From NCBI GenBank assembly GCA_964518995.1, contig CAZFJU010000001.1, positions 1 to 54,458 on the forward strand: DNA of 54,458 bases, written 5' to 3'. The position numbers and the translations under genes were made by a program. The DNA comes from an uncultured Gammaproteobacteria bacterium (lineage in GTDB: Bacteria > Pseudomonadota > Gammaproteobacteria > Steroidobacterales > Rariloculaceae). How positions within the stretch are numbered: the stretch's first letter is position 1; each line of letters starts with the position of its first letter. This document shows positions 34,781 through 44,704 of the stretch, piece by piece. The notes under the pieces are model-generated. The model saw only the letters and a program-made list of their open reading frames with translations, did not search any database and had not been told where the DNA came from.

Positions 34781-34854
34781 CTACCGGCTTGCCGGCCCCG
34801 ATGCCTTCGGCTCGGATTCACGCCGCCGAGACGCGGCGGCGGGCGGGGCGATGG

Positions 34855-35343
34855 TTACTCCGGCGCCCGATACGTGCTGTGGCAACCGCCGCAGGTTTGT
34901 TGCAACGGGCGCACCAAGTCCCGGGCCGCAGCAAGCCCGCCGGTATCAGCGGCATTCGCGACCGACTGCGCCGCCTGCTCGAAATCCTGCGCGCGGGCTT
35001 CGAAATCGCTCCAGCTCTGCCAGATTTCCGGCACCGACCGGCTGCCGTCGGGAATCCCTTCGGGCATGAAGCCTTCGGTCACCATGCCCGCAAGGCGCGC
35101 GAGATCGCCCGCTGCCTTCGTGAACAGTGCGTCGTCCTCCGGAATTTCGCCGCGCGACATGTTACCGAGCGTGAGCATCTTGGACGCGACGAGCGTCATG
35201 ACTGCGTCGCGGTACAGAAAAGCTTGACCTTCAGGCGTGTCCGCCAGAGCGTCGCGATCGACTCCGCCGCCGCCGCACCCGGCAGTCAGCACCATACCGA
35301 GCGCCGCAGTCGCGGCGAGAAATCTGCTGGAGGACTTTTTCAT
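34855..35343 (-). CDS. Cytochrome c' (class II cytochrome c), probable lipoprotein
   Basis: ORF 34855..35388 trimmed to ATG 35343 (MKKSSSRFLAATAALGMVLTAGC...). A C-terminal CGGCHSTYR haem-binding motif sits at the end of a four-helix-type sequence. Confidence 0.82.
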   Translation of the reverse strand: MKKSSSRFLAATAALGMVLTAGCGGGGVDRDALADTPEGQAFLYRDAVMTLVASKMLTLGNMSRGEIPEDDALFTKAAGDLARLAGMVTEGFMPEGIPDGSRSVPEIWQSWSDFEARAQDFEQAAQSVANAADTGGLAAARDLVRPLQQTCGGCHSTYRAPE

Positions 35344-35429
35344 ACGAACCTTCCGATGTGCCACAAAATTGCGGTGCAGGATATACAAAGCGCCGAAGCG
35401 CCCGCAAGCCGAACGGATGCGCAGGCGGC

Positions 35430-35852
35430 TCAGGCCGACACGCGCCGCTTCAGTACCTCGTCGAGCACGAACAGATCCGTAAGCGTCGCGCGGAGGTGAA
35501 TCGATGCATTCAGGTTATCGACCAGCTGCGAGCTGATATCCGGGCGACTCAAAACCAGACCGATCGCCGAGCGCGCGGCCGCCGTATCCCGATCGAGCGC
35601 ATCGAAGAACTCGGCGCCGATCGTCACCGCATCATGCTCGTCGCTCGCAGCGACCACGCGCACGACATTGCCAAGACCGTCGAGCGCCGCGCGCATCGCC
35701 TCGAGCTGCTCACCCACACGGCTCGCCGCAGACCCCGCTCCTTGATGGGTCGTACGTCCCTGCGCCGCATACGCAAGCAGATACTCGTAGCCGGACTCGA
35801 TCGCATCGATGCGTCCGGCCAGCTCGTCTCGCGGATCGATCGGCATGCTCAT
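35430..35852 (-). CDS. Hypothetical protein, 140 aa, no signal peptide
   Basis: ORF 35430..36071 trimmed to ATG 35852, which overlaps the cytochrome b stop (ATGA). Sequence: MSMPIDPRDELAGRIDAIESGYEYLLAYAAQGR... The composition looks like real coding sequence, but I recognise no family. Confidence 0.5.
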   Translation of the reverse strand: MSMPIDPRDELAGRIDAIESGYEYLLAYAAQGRTTHQGAGSAASRVGEQLEAMRAALDGLGNVVRVVAASDEHDAVTIGAEFFDALDRDTAAARSAIGLVLSRPDISSQLVDNLNASIHLRATLTDLFVLDEVLKRRVSA

Positions 35853-36592
35853 TCCACCCTCCAGCGCTTCGTATCGTGATGACGCTCGTACTCGCCGCGC
35901 GTGATCCAGCCGCGGATCATCGAACGCGTGAAGAGCAGCTTCTCGGGGCGCAGGGCAAAGTAGACATGCGCGATGATCATCGGGATCAGCAGCAGCGCCG
36001 TCAGACCGTGCAGCACATAGACGACGCCCCATGTCGCATCCGTGAGCCAGTATGGGTTCCGCTGCCACCACGGCGTATCCATCCGCACCATCATCAGGCC
36101 GCCGGTCACGGCCGCGGTCAGCAGCACGAGCGCAAAGACGTGGTGAATTAGCTTTTGTGCAAGCGAATACTTACCCGGCTTGCGGGGCGGCTCGGTCGAT
36201 AGACGCAGATTGAAGCGCGCCACCGAGCGCAGATCACGAAAGTCGTCGAGCCCGATCCACATCGAGCGTAGACGTTGTCCGAACGGCGCACGGAGGATAT
36301 GAAAAAGAACGGCGCCGATCAGCACTAGGCCGGCAATCCAATGCGGCGTGACCCACGCGAACTGCACGCCGAAAATCGGCAGAAACGCGGTCGCCAGCAG
36401 CGTCAACACTGTGGCGGCGGTGAACCAGTGGAAAAGACGGTCCACCCAAGCATGGCGGGTGATGCGCGCAGACTCGTGCTGCGCGGCGGCTGTCGTCGTC
36501 GAATTCAAATCGGCGTCCCGGGCGCGGTGATTGGCGTGCGGCGCAGCTGGGTTAGCGAGGCTTGGGCGCGAACAGCCATCGATACAGCGCAT
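35849..36592 (-). CDS. Membrane cytochrome b (cytochrome b561 / Ni-Fe-hydrogenase-type b subunit family)
   Basis: Four TM-like segments with conserved His residues: LFHWFTA, PHWIAGLVLIGAVLFHIL, LIHHVFAL, VLHGLTALLLIPMIIAHVYFALRPEK. ATG 36592 is the first start in the ORF; the true start may be further downstream. Confidence 0.78.
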   Translation of the reverse strand: MRCIDGCSRPSLANPAAPHANHRARDADLNSTTTAAAQHESARITRHAWVDRLFHWFTAATVLTLLATAFLPIFGVQFAWVTPHWIAGLVLIGAVLFHILRAPFGQRLRSMWIGLDDFRDLRSVARFNLRLSTEPPRKPGKYSLAQKLIHHVFALVLLTAAVTGGLMMVRMDTPWWQRNPYWLTDATWGVVYVLHGLTALLLIPMIIAHVYFALRPEKLLFTRSMIRGWITRGEYERHHDTKRWRVE

Positions 36593-36708
36593 GCGCGCCG
36601 ATGAACGCGATGCCGGCCGCGAAGAAGATCCAGATCAAGTCCCAAGACATGCCTTGGACCACTTCGCGGCCGTAAACGTCTCGGCTGACGCGAACGAGCT
36701 CCATCGTC

Positions 36709-37701
36709 TCACGCGTCCCGAATCGCGCGCGTCACGAGGTTCTGCAGCAAGGGTATTTTGAAGTGGTTCTGATTGAGCGGGGTCGCGCCGCGAATTGCGG
36801 ACTGGCCTGCCAGCTGCGCAGTCGCCTCGCTCTTCGGCTGCCCGCGCACGACTTCTTCGACGACCGTGAGCCGCCGCGGCACGCATTGCACCGCGCCGGC
36901 AGCGAGCCGTGCGCGCTCGATCGTCTCGCCGTTCACAACCAGTGCGGCCGCGATGTTGACGAGCGGGAAATCCCAGACGTTTCGGTCGGCGACCTTCTCG
37001 AAGTAGAAGCGTGCGCCGGACCACTCGGCGGGAATGCGCACGGAGGTCAGCACCTCGCCCGGCGCCAGCACCGTCATCCGCTCGATGTCGATGTTCGGGC
37101 CAATGAAGAATTGCTCTGCCGGCACCTCGCGTTCGCCGTTCGGGCCTGCAATGACCATGGTGGCATCAAGCACCACCATGGCCGGCGCGGTATCCGACGG
37201 GCTCACTGCGACGCAGCGATCCGCTCCCCACAGGCAATGCTCGCGGTTCTGGCCCTCCGGCGTATCCGCGTAGCAGGTATTGCCGCCGGCGCGGTAGCAG
37301 TCCACGCCATAGCGGTAGTACCAACAGCGGGCATCCTGACATAGGTTGCCGCCGACCGTGCCGCTGTTGCGGATCTGCGGGCTCGCAACCTTCCCCGCCG
37401 CTGCGGCCAGCACCCCAAAGCGGGTACGGATCGCCTCGTTACGCTCGATTTCCGTCAGCGTCGTCAGCGCACCGATCTCGATGCCGCCGTCGGCCGTCTC
37501 GCGAATGCCGCGCATCGCTTCGATGCCAGTTAAGTCCACGACATAGCGCGGACGCTTCACGCGATCCTTGAACCAGTCGAGACTGTCGTTACCGCCCGCC
37601 ATCGCCCAGCCGTCCGGGCCAAAACGACCGAGCAGGTCGATCGCCCCTTCAAGAGTATCGGGTTGATACAACTCGAACCCGGGCATCATGTCTCTGGCCA
37701 T
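36709..37701 (-). CDS. Xanthine dehydrogenase family FAD-binding subunit (PaoB/CoxM-like)
   Basis: ATG 37701 with GGAG upstream. Motifs seen: AGGNDSL, IRNSGTVGGNL, and a Cys-rich insert (CWYYRYGVDCYRAGGNTC) like the PaoB 4Fe-4S insert. Confidence 0.85.
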   Translation of the reverse strand: MARDMMPGFELYQPDTLEGAIDLLGRFGPDGWAMAGGNDSLDWFKDRVKRPRYVVDLTGIEAMRGIRETADGGIEIGALTTLTEIERNEAIRTRFGVLAAAAGKVASPQIRNSGTVGGNLCQDARCWYYRYGVDCYRAGGNTCYADTPEGQNREHCLWGADRCVAVSPSDTAPAMVVLDATMVIAGPNGEREVPAEQFFIGPNIDIERMTVLAPGEVLTSVRIPAEWSGARFYFEKVADRNVWDFPLVNIAAALVVNGETIERARLAAGAVQCVPRRLTVVEEVVRGQPKSEATAQLAGQSAIRGATPLNQNHFKIPLLQNLVTRAIRDA

Positions 37702-37748
37702 CGCTCGCTCCGAGAAAAATAAATGGGGTCAGAGCCCTTTATCGTGGG

Positions 37749-38435
37749 TTACGCCTGCGACACGCGGCCGCCGTTCGCCGCGCGCATCACCGCGCTGAGA
37801 TAATGATCGTACGCGCCGCAGCGGCACAGGTTCCCCGATAACGCGTGCCGCGCTTCCTCGCGCGTCGGCGCCGCGTTCGCCCGCAATAGACCGACCGCGC
37901 TCATGATCTGCCCCGGCGTGCAGAACCCGCATTGCGGACCGAGCTCGTCGATCATCGCTTGTTGCACCGGATGCAGGTCGCCGTTCGGACCTTCAAGGCC
38001 CTCGACCGTCTCGATCGATCGGCGCCGGACGCTGTGCGTAAGCGTCGAGCAGGCATAGGTTGGCACGTCGTCGATCAGCACCGTGCAGGCGCCGCACTCG
38101 CCGCGATCGCAACCGAGTTTCGTGCCGGTCAGACCGAGCTTGTACCGCAGCGTCATGGCCAAGGTCTCGTTCGGCAGCACGTCAACCGGACGCATCTGAC
38201 CGTTGACCTGCAACGCCAGCATCCGCTCGACGCCGCCGGCCGGGGCCGCTCCGTCGCCGCCCGGCGAGCAGCCCATCAGATAGCCTGCGCCGGATACGAC
38301 TGCGCCGGACGCGATGACTCCCTTGATGAACTGCCGCCGCGTCGCCTTGGCGCGTACCACGGCATCCAGCCCTGCTTCGTCTGAGAGCGGACCGGCTAAA
38401 GCAGCACCCTCGCGATCCCCCGGATTTTCAGCCAT
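37749..38435 (-). CDS. Xanthine dehydrogenase family 2Fe-2S subunit with twin-arginine (Tat) signal (PaoA-like)
   Basis: Tat motif TRRQFIKGVIASGAVVSGAG. 2Fe-2S motifs: CDRGECGACTV and CGFCTPG...CRCG. GGAG lies upstream of ATG 38435. Confidence 0.88.
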   Translation of the reverse strand: MAENPGDREGAALAGPLSDEAGLDAVVRAKATRRQFIKGVIASGAVVSGAGYLMGCSPGGDGAAPAGGVERMLALQVNGQMRPVDVLPNETLAMTLRYKLGLTGTKLGCDRGECGACTVLIDDVPTYACSTLTHSVRRRSIETVEGLEGPNGDLHPVQQAMIDELGPQCGFCTPGQIMSAVGLLRANAAPTREEARHALSGNLCRCGAYDHYLSAVMRAANGGRVSQA

Positions 38436-38483
38436 CGATTTGATCTCCGCTCGAAAAGCCGCCAGCTATGAGTTTGGACCGGC

Positions 38484-40886
38484 TCACGCCGTGTTGACCT
38501 GCAGCGGCGTGTGCGACTGCGGCCGCTCCGCTGCGGCATTGACGATCATGTCCGGCACGACCGGCGTACGGTTGAAGACGTGCCCGCCGAGCGCATCCGA
38601 GATGGCGCACAAAAGCGCCGCCGAAGCGCAACCCTGCACCGGCTCGCCGATGCCCTTTGCGCCGACCGGATTTTGCGGATCCGGTATGTCGACCGCGGCC
38701 CAGCGCATTTCGTCCGCGACATCGAGATAGGATGCCGGTTTCGCGTTCAAATAGCCGATATTCGCCGGCAAGCCGTTCTGCGGATCGTAGATGAGCCGCT
38801 CGTGCGCAGCCATGCTGAAGCCCATGATCGCGCCGCTGCGCACCTGCGCCGCAAGCCCCTGCGGGTGGATCACGGTGCCCGAATCGGCGACACCGACATA
38901 GTCGAGGATCTCGAACTTGCCAGTTTCGATATCCAGCTCGATCTCGATGAAGCCGGCTGCAAGCGCCGGCACGCTGCCGGTCAGCGCAAGGTTGTCCTTC
39001 GCGACGCCGACGAGCCCCGAGCCGGCTACACCGGCCGCCGCGGCCTTCGTGATGTCGTTCAGATCCGCCGGTATGTCGTGCCCCGCGAACGCGCCGCCAA
39101 GCTCGATCGCGCGCTGCGCGGCCTCGGCGTAGGTGAGCCCGACGCTCGGATCATCGGTGCGGAAAACTCGCTCGTCCTCGATGTCGTAATCGTCCGGCGC
39201 GCCGCCGAGATCCATCGCCGCGATCTCTTTCAGCTTCGCTAACGCGTCGATCGCCGCCGCATAGTTCGTACGGCTCATCGTGAACGACGTGTTGCTGCCA
39301 AACTGGCCGAGATTCCATGGCAGATGCTTCGAGCTGTCGCCGCGCTCGACGACGCAGCGCTCCCAGCTGTACTTCAACGTGTCGGCCGCGACGCGCGCGG
39401 TGACCGCATAGGAATAGGTGCCCAGATTGCCGACGCCGGTATGGATATGCAGCTTGCCGTCCGGCTTTAGCACGACCAGCCCGTCGAAGCCTGCCGCGCC
39501 CGCCGTATGAAACGCCTGACCGATACCGACACCGATCACCTTCGGCCCGTTGCGCTGGCCGCTGCGGGCGCTCTTCCCCGCCCATCCGAACTCCTCGGCG
39601 CCGATCGCGAGCGCCTCCGGCAAATGCGCGCTCGTAACGCCGCCCTGTCGGGCGCCGTAGCGCGCCGAGCTATCCGGCGCGTTGATCCGCCGGATCTCGA
39701 GCCGGTCGACACCGAGCTCGCGCGCCGCTTTGTCGATCAACGGCTCGACGGCCGCCGCAATCTGGTTCTGACCCGGGCCGCGCTGCGGGCCGCGCGGCGG
39801 CGTATTCGTCATGACCGGAACGCCGCGGAAACGCATTGCGGGCGGCGTGTAGACAAGCGACACCGCATCGGCGGCGGCTTGCCAGTCGTTGAAGCCGGCA
39901 TGCGGACCGTTCTCCTGGACAATGAACAGATCCACCGCGGTAACCCGCCCATCCGGCGCGAATCCAAGCTTGATGCGGCCCTGGAACCCGGCCCGCGCCG
40001 AGCCGATGTAGTACTCCTCGGGGCGGCTGATGCGCATCATCACCGGCCGGCCGATCTTGCGCGACAGCAGCGCCGGCACGGCGACGATTGGATAGGCGCC
40101 GCCCTTCGAGCCGAAGCCGCCGCCGCAATACTCCGCGATGAAGACCAGCTCGCTCGGCTCGATGCCGAGGTAGCGCGCCACCGTTGGCACCGGGAAGCTC
40201 TGGCTTTGCGAGGACGCGTGCAGAAAGCACTTGCCGTTCTGCCAATACGCGAAAGCGGAGCGCGGCTCCATCGAATGGTGCGACAAGCCGGCCGTGACGA
40301 ACGACTCGTCGAGCACGAGCGCTGCGCTCTCGAGGCCGGCGTCGACATCGCCGTACGACCATTCTTGCGCGGCCTGCCCGAGCGGCAGCTGATCCTCGCC
40401 CGCGGCCGCAAAATCTTGCGCGGTCCATTTGAAGCTCGCGAGCTCGCCGCTGTTGAAGACGTTGCCGTCGCGCCGCGCGTTCGGCCCGCCGGGGAACAGG
40501 CTCTCGAGCGGATCGACCGTGAACGGCAGCTCTTCGTATGTCACGCGGATGCGCTCGAGCGCATCGGCCGCGAGCTGCTCGCTCTCGGCAGCGATCGCGA
40601 GGATCGGCTGGCCGACGAACAACGGCTCGTGCGTCAGGATTTCATCCTGCGGCGCCGGCATCGCCGGGACATCGTCCGCCGTGAGAATGCCGACGACACC
40701 GGGCATGGCCAGCGCTTCGTCCGCATTGATGCTCACGACCCTTGCGTGCGGCATCGGGCTCGTCAGCATTTTGCAGAACACCATGCCGTCGGCCCGGAAG
40801 TCCTCGGCGTATTTCGCCCGCCCCGTGACTTTCGCCAACAGGTCGGGGGGGACGAAGTCCTTGCCGATCAGCGGCTCGTATGCCAT
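38484..40886 (-). CDS. Xanthine dehydrogenase family molybdopterin-binding large subunit (aldehyde oxidoreductase type)
   Basis: 800 aa, AGGAG upstream. Motifs seen: VTGRAKYAEDF, GGGFGSK, GQG.HT, GIGEP. Confidence 0.9.
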   Translation of the reverse strand: MAYEPLIGKDFVPPDLLAKVTGRAKYAEDFRADGMVFCKMLTSPMPHARVVSINADEALAMPGVVGILTADDVPAMPAPQDEILTHEPLFVGQPILAIAAESEQLAADALERIRVTYEELPFTVDPLESLFPGGPNARRDGNVFNSGELASFKWTAQDFAAAGEDQLPLGQAAQEWSYGDVDAGLESAALVLDESFVTAGLSHHSMEPRSAFAYWQNGKCFLHASSQSQSFPVPTVARYLGIEPSELVFIAEYCGGGFGSKGGAYPIVAVPALLSRKIGRPVMMRISRPEEYYIGSARAGFQGRIKLGFAPDGRVTAVDLFIVQENGPHAGFNDWQAAADAVSLVYTPPAMRFRGVPVMTNTPPRGPQRGPGQNQIAAAVEPLIDKAARELGVDRLEIRRINAPDSSARYGARQGGVTSAHLPEALAIGAEEFGWAGKSARSGQRNGPKVIGVGIGQAFHTAGAAGFDGLVVLKPDGKLHIHTGVGNLGTYSYAVTARVAADTLKYSWERCVVERGDSSKHLPWNLGQFGSNTSFTMSRTNYAAAIDALAKLKEIAAMDLGGAPDDYDIEDERVFRTDDPSVGLTYAEAAQRAIELGGAFAGHDIPADLNDITKAAAAGVAGSGLVGVAKDNLALTGSVPALAAGFIEIELDIETGKFEILDYVGVADSGTVIHPQGLAAQVRSGAIMGFSMAAHERLIYDPQNGLPANIGYLNAKPASYLDVADEMRWAAVDIPDPQNPVGAKGIGEPVQGCASAALLCAISDALGGHVFNRTPVVPDMIVNAAAERPQSHTPLQVNTA

Positions 40887-41024
40887 AGCGACACTCCTGC
40901 GACGGTTAAACCTGTGCCCGGCGTGCCGGGCAGCTCGGTGATAATACCGAAGATGCCGGGCGCGAGCACGGTGAAGCGGTGAGGCCTCGCGGCGGTCGGG
41001 CCGGCGCCGCGCGCAGGCGCCTAT

Positions 41025-42005
41025 TCAAAGTACAGTCAGCGGCGGCTCGTCGAGCGCGGCGCGCTGCTCGCGCAGCGCGAGCACGTGCTCCTCCCAATAC
41101 CTCGGCTCGCCGAACCACGGGAACGCGCGCGGAAACGCCGGATCCTTCCAGCGGCGCGCGATCCACGCGCTGTAATGAATGATGCGCAGCGCGCGCAGCG
41201 CCTCGATCAAGTGCAGCTCGCGAAAGTCGAAATCGCGAAACTGCATATAACCCTCCAGCAGATCCGCGAGCTGCACGCTCATGTCCTCGCGGCTGCCGGA
41301 CAGAAACAGCCACAGATCCTGGATCGAGGGCCCGTTCACGCAGTCGTCGAGATCGACGAAATGCGGGCCCGCGTCCGTCCAGAGAACGTTGCCGGGATGA
41401 CAATCACCGTGAATGCGCAGCGTCGCATAGTGGCCGGCTGCCGCGAACTGCCGGTCCACTGCGCCGAGCACGTCGCTCGCGATGCTGCGATAACTTTGCG
41501 CCATGTGATTCGGAATAAAACCGCTCGCAGCGAGCAACTCGACCGACTCGCGGCCAAGCTTGTCCGCGGACAGCGTCGCTCGATGGCGGAAGCGATCCGT
41601 CGCACCGAATGCATGAATGCGGCCGATCACGCGCCCCATATACACGCGCTCCTCGGAGGTCGCGAGCTCCGGCCAACGGCCGCCACGACGCTCGAACAGC
41701 GCGAACCGGTAATCGGCCTGCTCGTGCAGCGTCTCACCGTCGATCACGAGCGGCGGGACGACCGGCACATCGCGCTCGTCGAGATCGAGCGCAAAGTCGT
41801 GCTCTTCGAGAATCGCATCGTCCGACCACCGGCCGGGCCGATAGAACTTGGCCACGACGAACTCGTCGCCCACTCCGATCTGATAAACGCGATTCTCGTA
41901 GCTCGCCAGCGCGATGATGCGGCCGTCGCATTCAAAGCCGACGCTCTCGACGGCCTCGAACACGACCTCCGGGCTCAAACGGGCGTAAGGCAGCTCCGGG
42001 CTCAT
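41025..42005 (-). CDS. srkA: Stress-response Ser/Thr kinase SrkA (YihE/RdoA family)
   Basis: ORF 41025..42026 trimmed to ATG 42005. Motifs seen: LASYENRVYQ, VAKFYRPGRWS, RIHGDCHPGNVLW, FVDLDD, SIQDLWLFL, YWEEH. Confidence 0.88.
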   Translation of the reverse strand: MSPELPYARLSPEVVFEAVESVGFECDGRIIALASYENRVYQIGVGDEFVVAKFYRPGRWSDDAILEEHDFALDLDERDVPVVPPLVIDGETLHEQADYRFALFERRGGRWPELATSEERVYMGRVIGRIHAFGATDRFRHRATLSADKLGRESVELLAASGFIPNHMAQSYRSIASDVLGAVDRQFAAAGHYATLRIHGDCHPGNVLWTDAGPHFVDLDDCVNGPSIQDLWLFLSGSREDMSVQLADLLEGYMQFRDFDFRELHLIEALRALRIIHYSAWIARRWKDPAFPRAFPWFGEPRYWEEHVLALREQRAALDEPPLTVL

Positions 42006-42012
42006 GGATGTC

Positions 42013-43119
42013 TCATGCCAGCGCACGCGCGAGGAAAGGCAAGCTTACATCCATCCGCCAGTCGATCCCCGAGTGCGTACCGTCGAATTCCTCGTAAACG
42101 TGCGGCACTCCGTGCTCCGCGAGCCGTTTCGAGAGGATCCGCGTGCCGTAGTGAATACGGTATTGATCGCGCCAGCCGCAGTCGAGAAAAAGCCCGCGCA
42201 GAGTCTTCAGGCTGGCCGCATGACGTGCCACGAGATGAATCGGATCATGGCGCAGCCAGCGGCGCCATCGCTCCGGGATGAGCTCGCCGGTCTCGAGATC
42301 GAACGGCACGCGCAATCGGCCGGGCTGCTCGGGATCCGGATCGTAGGTCGCCGCCATGGCCAGATTCATCAGGCAATGCACCTCGCCGCCCGTCAGCGCC
42401 GGCTTGCGCCAGACCGCTTCGAGAAAGCGACGGATACGCCCGTCGTCGATGCCGCCAGCGGGCGTCGCGAAGGCTGCGCTCGCGTCGACCGGCCCTGGGC
42501 GGCGAGCTTTCGCCCGGTACTTGCTCAGCTCATCGAGCGTGGTTGGCCAGTCGCAGCGGTAGACGAAATCGAAGTAGGCATCGCCGGAGTGGCTCGCGAC
42601 CGCCCCCCAGTACCGAGCGTGCTTCATCCCATGGATCAGCGCACCGTAGCCGCCGGATGACTTGCCGAAACAGCCGCGGTGGCGCCGGTCCGCAAGGGTG
42701 CGGAACTCGCGGTCGATCGCGGGGATCAGCTCCTGCGTGAGATAGTCCGCGTAGCGCCCGACACCGGCCGAGTTCACGTACTGATTGCCGCCGTACGCGG
42801 TGAAGCAGTCCGGAAACGCGATGATGCAAGCTGGCATCTTGCGCTCGGCAACGAGCCGCGCGGCCCGCTCCGGCACGTTTTCCTCGAAATTCCTCCAGTT
42901 CGTATGCGTTTGGCCGGAGCCGGTATAGCCGACGAGATCGAACAGCACCGGATAGCGCTTGCCGCGCCCGCCTCCGCGGGCTTCGTCGTAGCCCGGCGGC
43001 AGCCACACATCGAGCTGCCGCACATGCGGATCGCCGAGCGGATTGTCCGCCAGCCGTTTCGACGTCACTTCTAGGGTGACGAGCCGGCCCTGCGGCCATT
43101 TCGGTCTCTTCAACGCCAT
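42013..43119 (-). CDS. Alpha/beta-hydrolase 'putative esterase' family (enterochelin-esterase-like)
   Basis: ATG 43119; GTG 43131 is an alternative. Nucleophile elbow GKSSGGYGA, and YPVLFDLVGYTGSG. Its stop lies 7 nt before the srkA start. Confidence 0.72.
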   Translation of the reverse strand: MALKRPKWPQGRLVTLEVTSKRLADNPLGDPHVRQLDVWLPPGYDEARGGGRGKRYPVLFDLVGYTGSGQTHTNWRNFEENVPERAARLVAERKMPACIIAFPDCFTAYGGNQYVNSAGVGRYADYLTQELIPAIDREFRTLADRRHRGCFGKSSGGYGALIHGMKHARYWGAVASHSGDAYFDFVYRCDWPTTLDELSKYRAKARRPGPVDASAAFATPAGGIDDGRIRRFLEAVWRKPALTGGEVHCLMNLAMAATYDPDPEQPGRLRVPFDLETGELIPERWRRWLRHDPIHLVARHAASLKTLRGLFLDCGWRDQYRIHYGTRILSKRLAEHGVPHVYEEFDGTHSGIDWRMDVSLPFLARALA

Positions 43120-43240
43120 CCTGAGCCCCACGGAAGCGGATTGAGGACCGCAAGTCTACCGGTTTGCGCGGACCGCCCGCGGCCGGGAGATCGGTAGCCC
43201 CCGCGTCCGGATCGAGGCCGTCTTGAGGTATCTTGCGTCA

Positions 43241-44110
43241 ATGGGCCACGCGCGATCCGACAAGCGGCTGCTAAAGATCCTGGGGTGGATGTGCGCCGCG
43301 ACGGCGGGGCCGGCTGGCGCCGATACACCGCCGCCGGTGCACTGGGCGTACGGCCCATACTTCGGTACGGGCTACTACTCTTCGCTCGATCGCGAAGAGA
43401 CCTTCGTCCTCCGCGTACGTCCCGGTTGGCGTTGGCGCGATGCCGAGCTCGGCGAGGACGGACGCAAGCTCGGGCTGCGGTTCCGCCTGCCGATTGCACT
43501 CGGGCTGCAGCGGCCGAACCGCTCGAATCTCGCCGCAACGCTCGACCGCGACAACGTCAGCACCTTCAGCATCGCACCCGGCGCTGAGATCGACGTGCCG
43601 ATCGGTCCGCAATGGTCGCTGAAGCCGCTCGCTTACGTCGGCTACGGCAAACGATTCGACGGCGACGCCGCGGCGTGGATCTATTGGAGCGGCATCAAGA
43701 GCCGCGTGCGTTTTGGCGGCGACGACTTCGAATGGGCACTCGTCAACGGGCTGACATATGTCGGCTATTCGAGCGACACCCGCGAGCACGGCAACGCCTT
43801 GCCGCTATTGACGGCGTTGGAGTTCAACCGGCCGCTGGCCAACAAGAAGATCGGCGGGCACCAAGTGCGCCTGCACTGGCACGTGGCGTACACGGACTAC
43901 CTGAACCCTCTTGTCTATAGCGACGGGACCGACACCCGCCGCCTCGAGCTCGTCGACGAGTGGGAGATCGGCGCTGCGTTCAGCACGGGCGAGCAGCCGC
44001 TAGAATTCTGGCGGCTGAAGTGGCAACAGCTGGGACTCGCGTACCGTATCAGCAGCGACCGCGAGTTCCGCGGCGTGCGGCTGACGTTCAGCTCGTTGTT
44101 CGACCGCTAG
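43241..44110 (+). CDS. Exported hypothetical protein (possible outer-membrane beta-barrel)
   Basis: ORF 43223..44110 trimmed to ATG 43241. Signal-like MGHARSDKRLLKILGWMCAATAGPAGA. Alternating hydrophobic patterns and aromatic-rich strands are present. I recognise no family. Confidence 0.5.
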   Translation: MGHARSDKRLLKILGWMCAATAGPAGADTPPPVHWAYGPYFGTGYYSSLDREETFVLRVRPGWRWRDAELGEDGRKLGLRFRLPIALGLQRPNRSNLAATLDRDNVSTFSIAPGAEIDVPIGPQWSLKPLAYVGYGKRFDGDAAAWIYWSGIKSRVRFGGDDFEWALVNGLTYVGYSSDTREHGNALPLLTALEFNRPLANKKIGGHQVRLHWHVAYTDYLNPLVYSDGTDTRRLELVDEWEIGAAFSTGEQPLEFWRLKWQQLGLAYRISSDREFRGVRLTFSSLFDR

Positions 44111-44278
44111 CGGCTGTTACAGGCACTCGATCGCGAAGGTGAGCCGCGTCCGCAGTTCTTAGTCGCTGCCGAGTGCTTCCTTAAGCGTTCGCGCCGTAAG
44201 TGAACCGTAGTTTAACGGCGCGGCGCGGCGTACGCTTATGTGATCCCAGCTTGTGCTGCGGGCCTCGGAGGGGGATTC

Positions 44279-44704
44279 ATGAGACACGGATTGGCCGGCT
44301 CGACATGGGCCATTTTTACCGGTGCGCTTGCCGCGTTCGCGACGATGCCTGCGGCCGCGCATCACTCATTCGCGATCTTCGACCACACGCAGACGTACAC
44401 ACTCAAAGGTACCGTGCGAGACTTCCAGTGGACGAACCCGCACGGCTATATCGATCTCGCCGTCAGCGAAGGGCCGGACGGCATCGACGAATTCACGATC
44501 GAGCTCACGAGCATCAACATGCTGCGGCGGGCCGGATGGCGCTCGAGCGACGTCAACGCCGGTGACGAGGTCACGGCGATCGTCGCGCCGCTGTTGAGCG
44601 GGGAGAAGGGCGGCCTGCTGCTCGAGCTTGCCGTGCCCGATGGCCGCACGCTCATACCGCCCGTGCCCGCCGCCCACACTTTCACGCGGACGCCTGCGCC
44701 GTGA
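44279..44704 (+). CDS. Secreted DUF6152-like protein
   Basis: ORF 44240..44704 trimmed to ATG 44279, with GGAGGGGG upstream. A signal peptide ends AAA-HHSFAIFD. The sequence TLKGTVRDFQWTNPHGYIDL matches my memory of DUF6152. Confidence 0.6.
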   Translation: MRHGLAGSTWAIFTGALAAFATMPAAAHHSFAIFDHTQTYTLKGTVRDFQWTNPHGYIDLAVSEGPDGIDEFTIELTSINMLRRAGWRSSDVNAGDEVTAIVAPLLSGEKGGLLLELAVPDGRTLIPPVPAAHTFTRTPAP

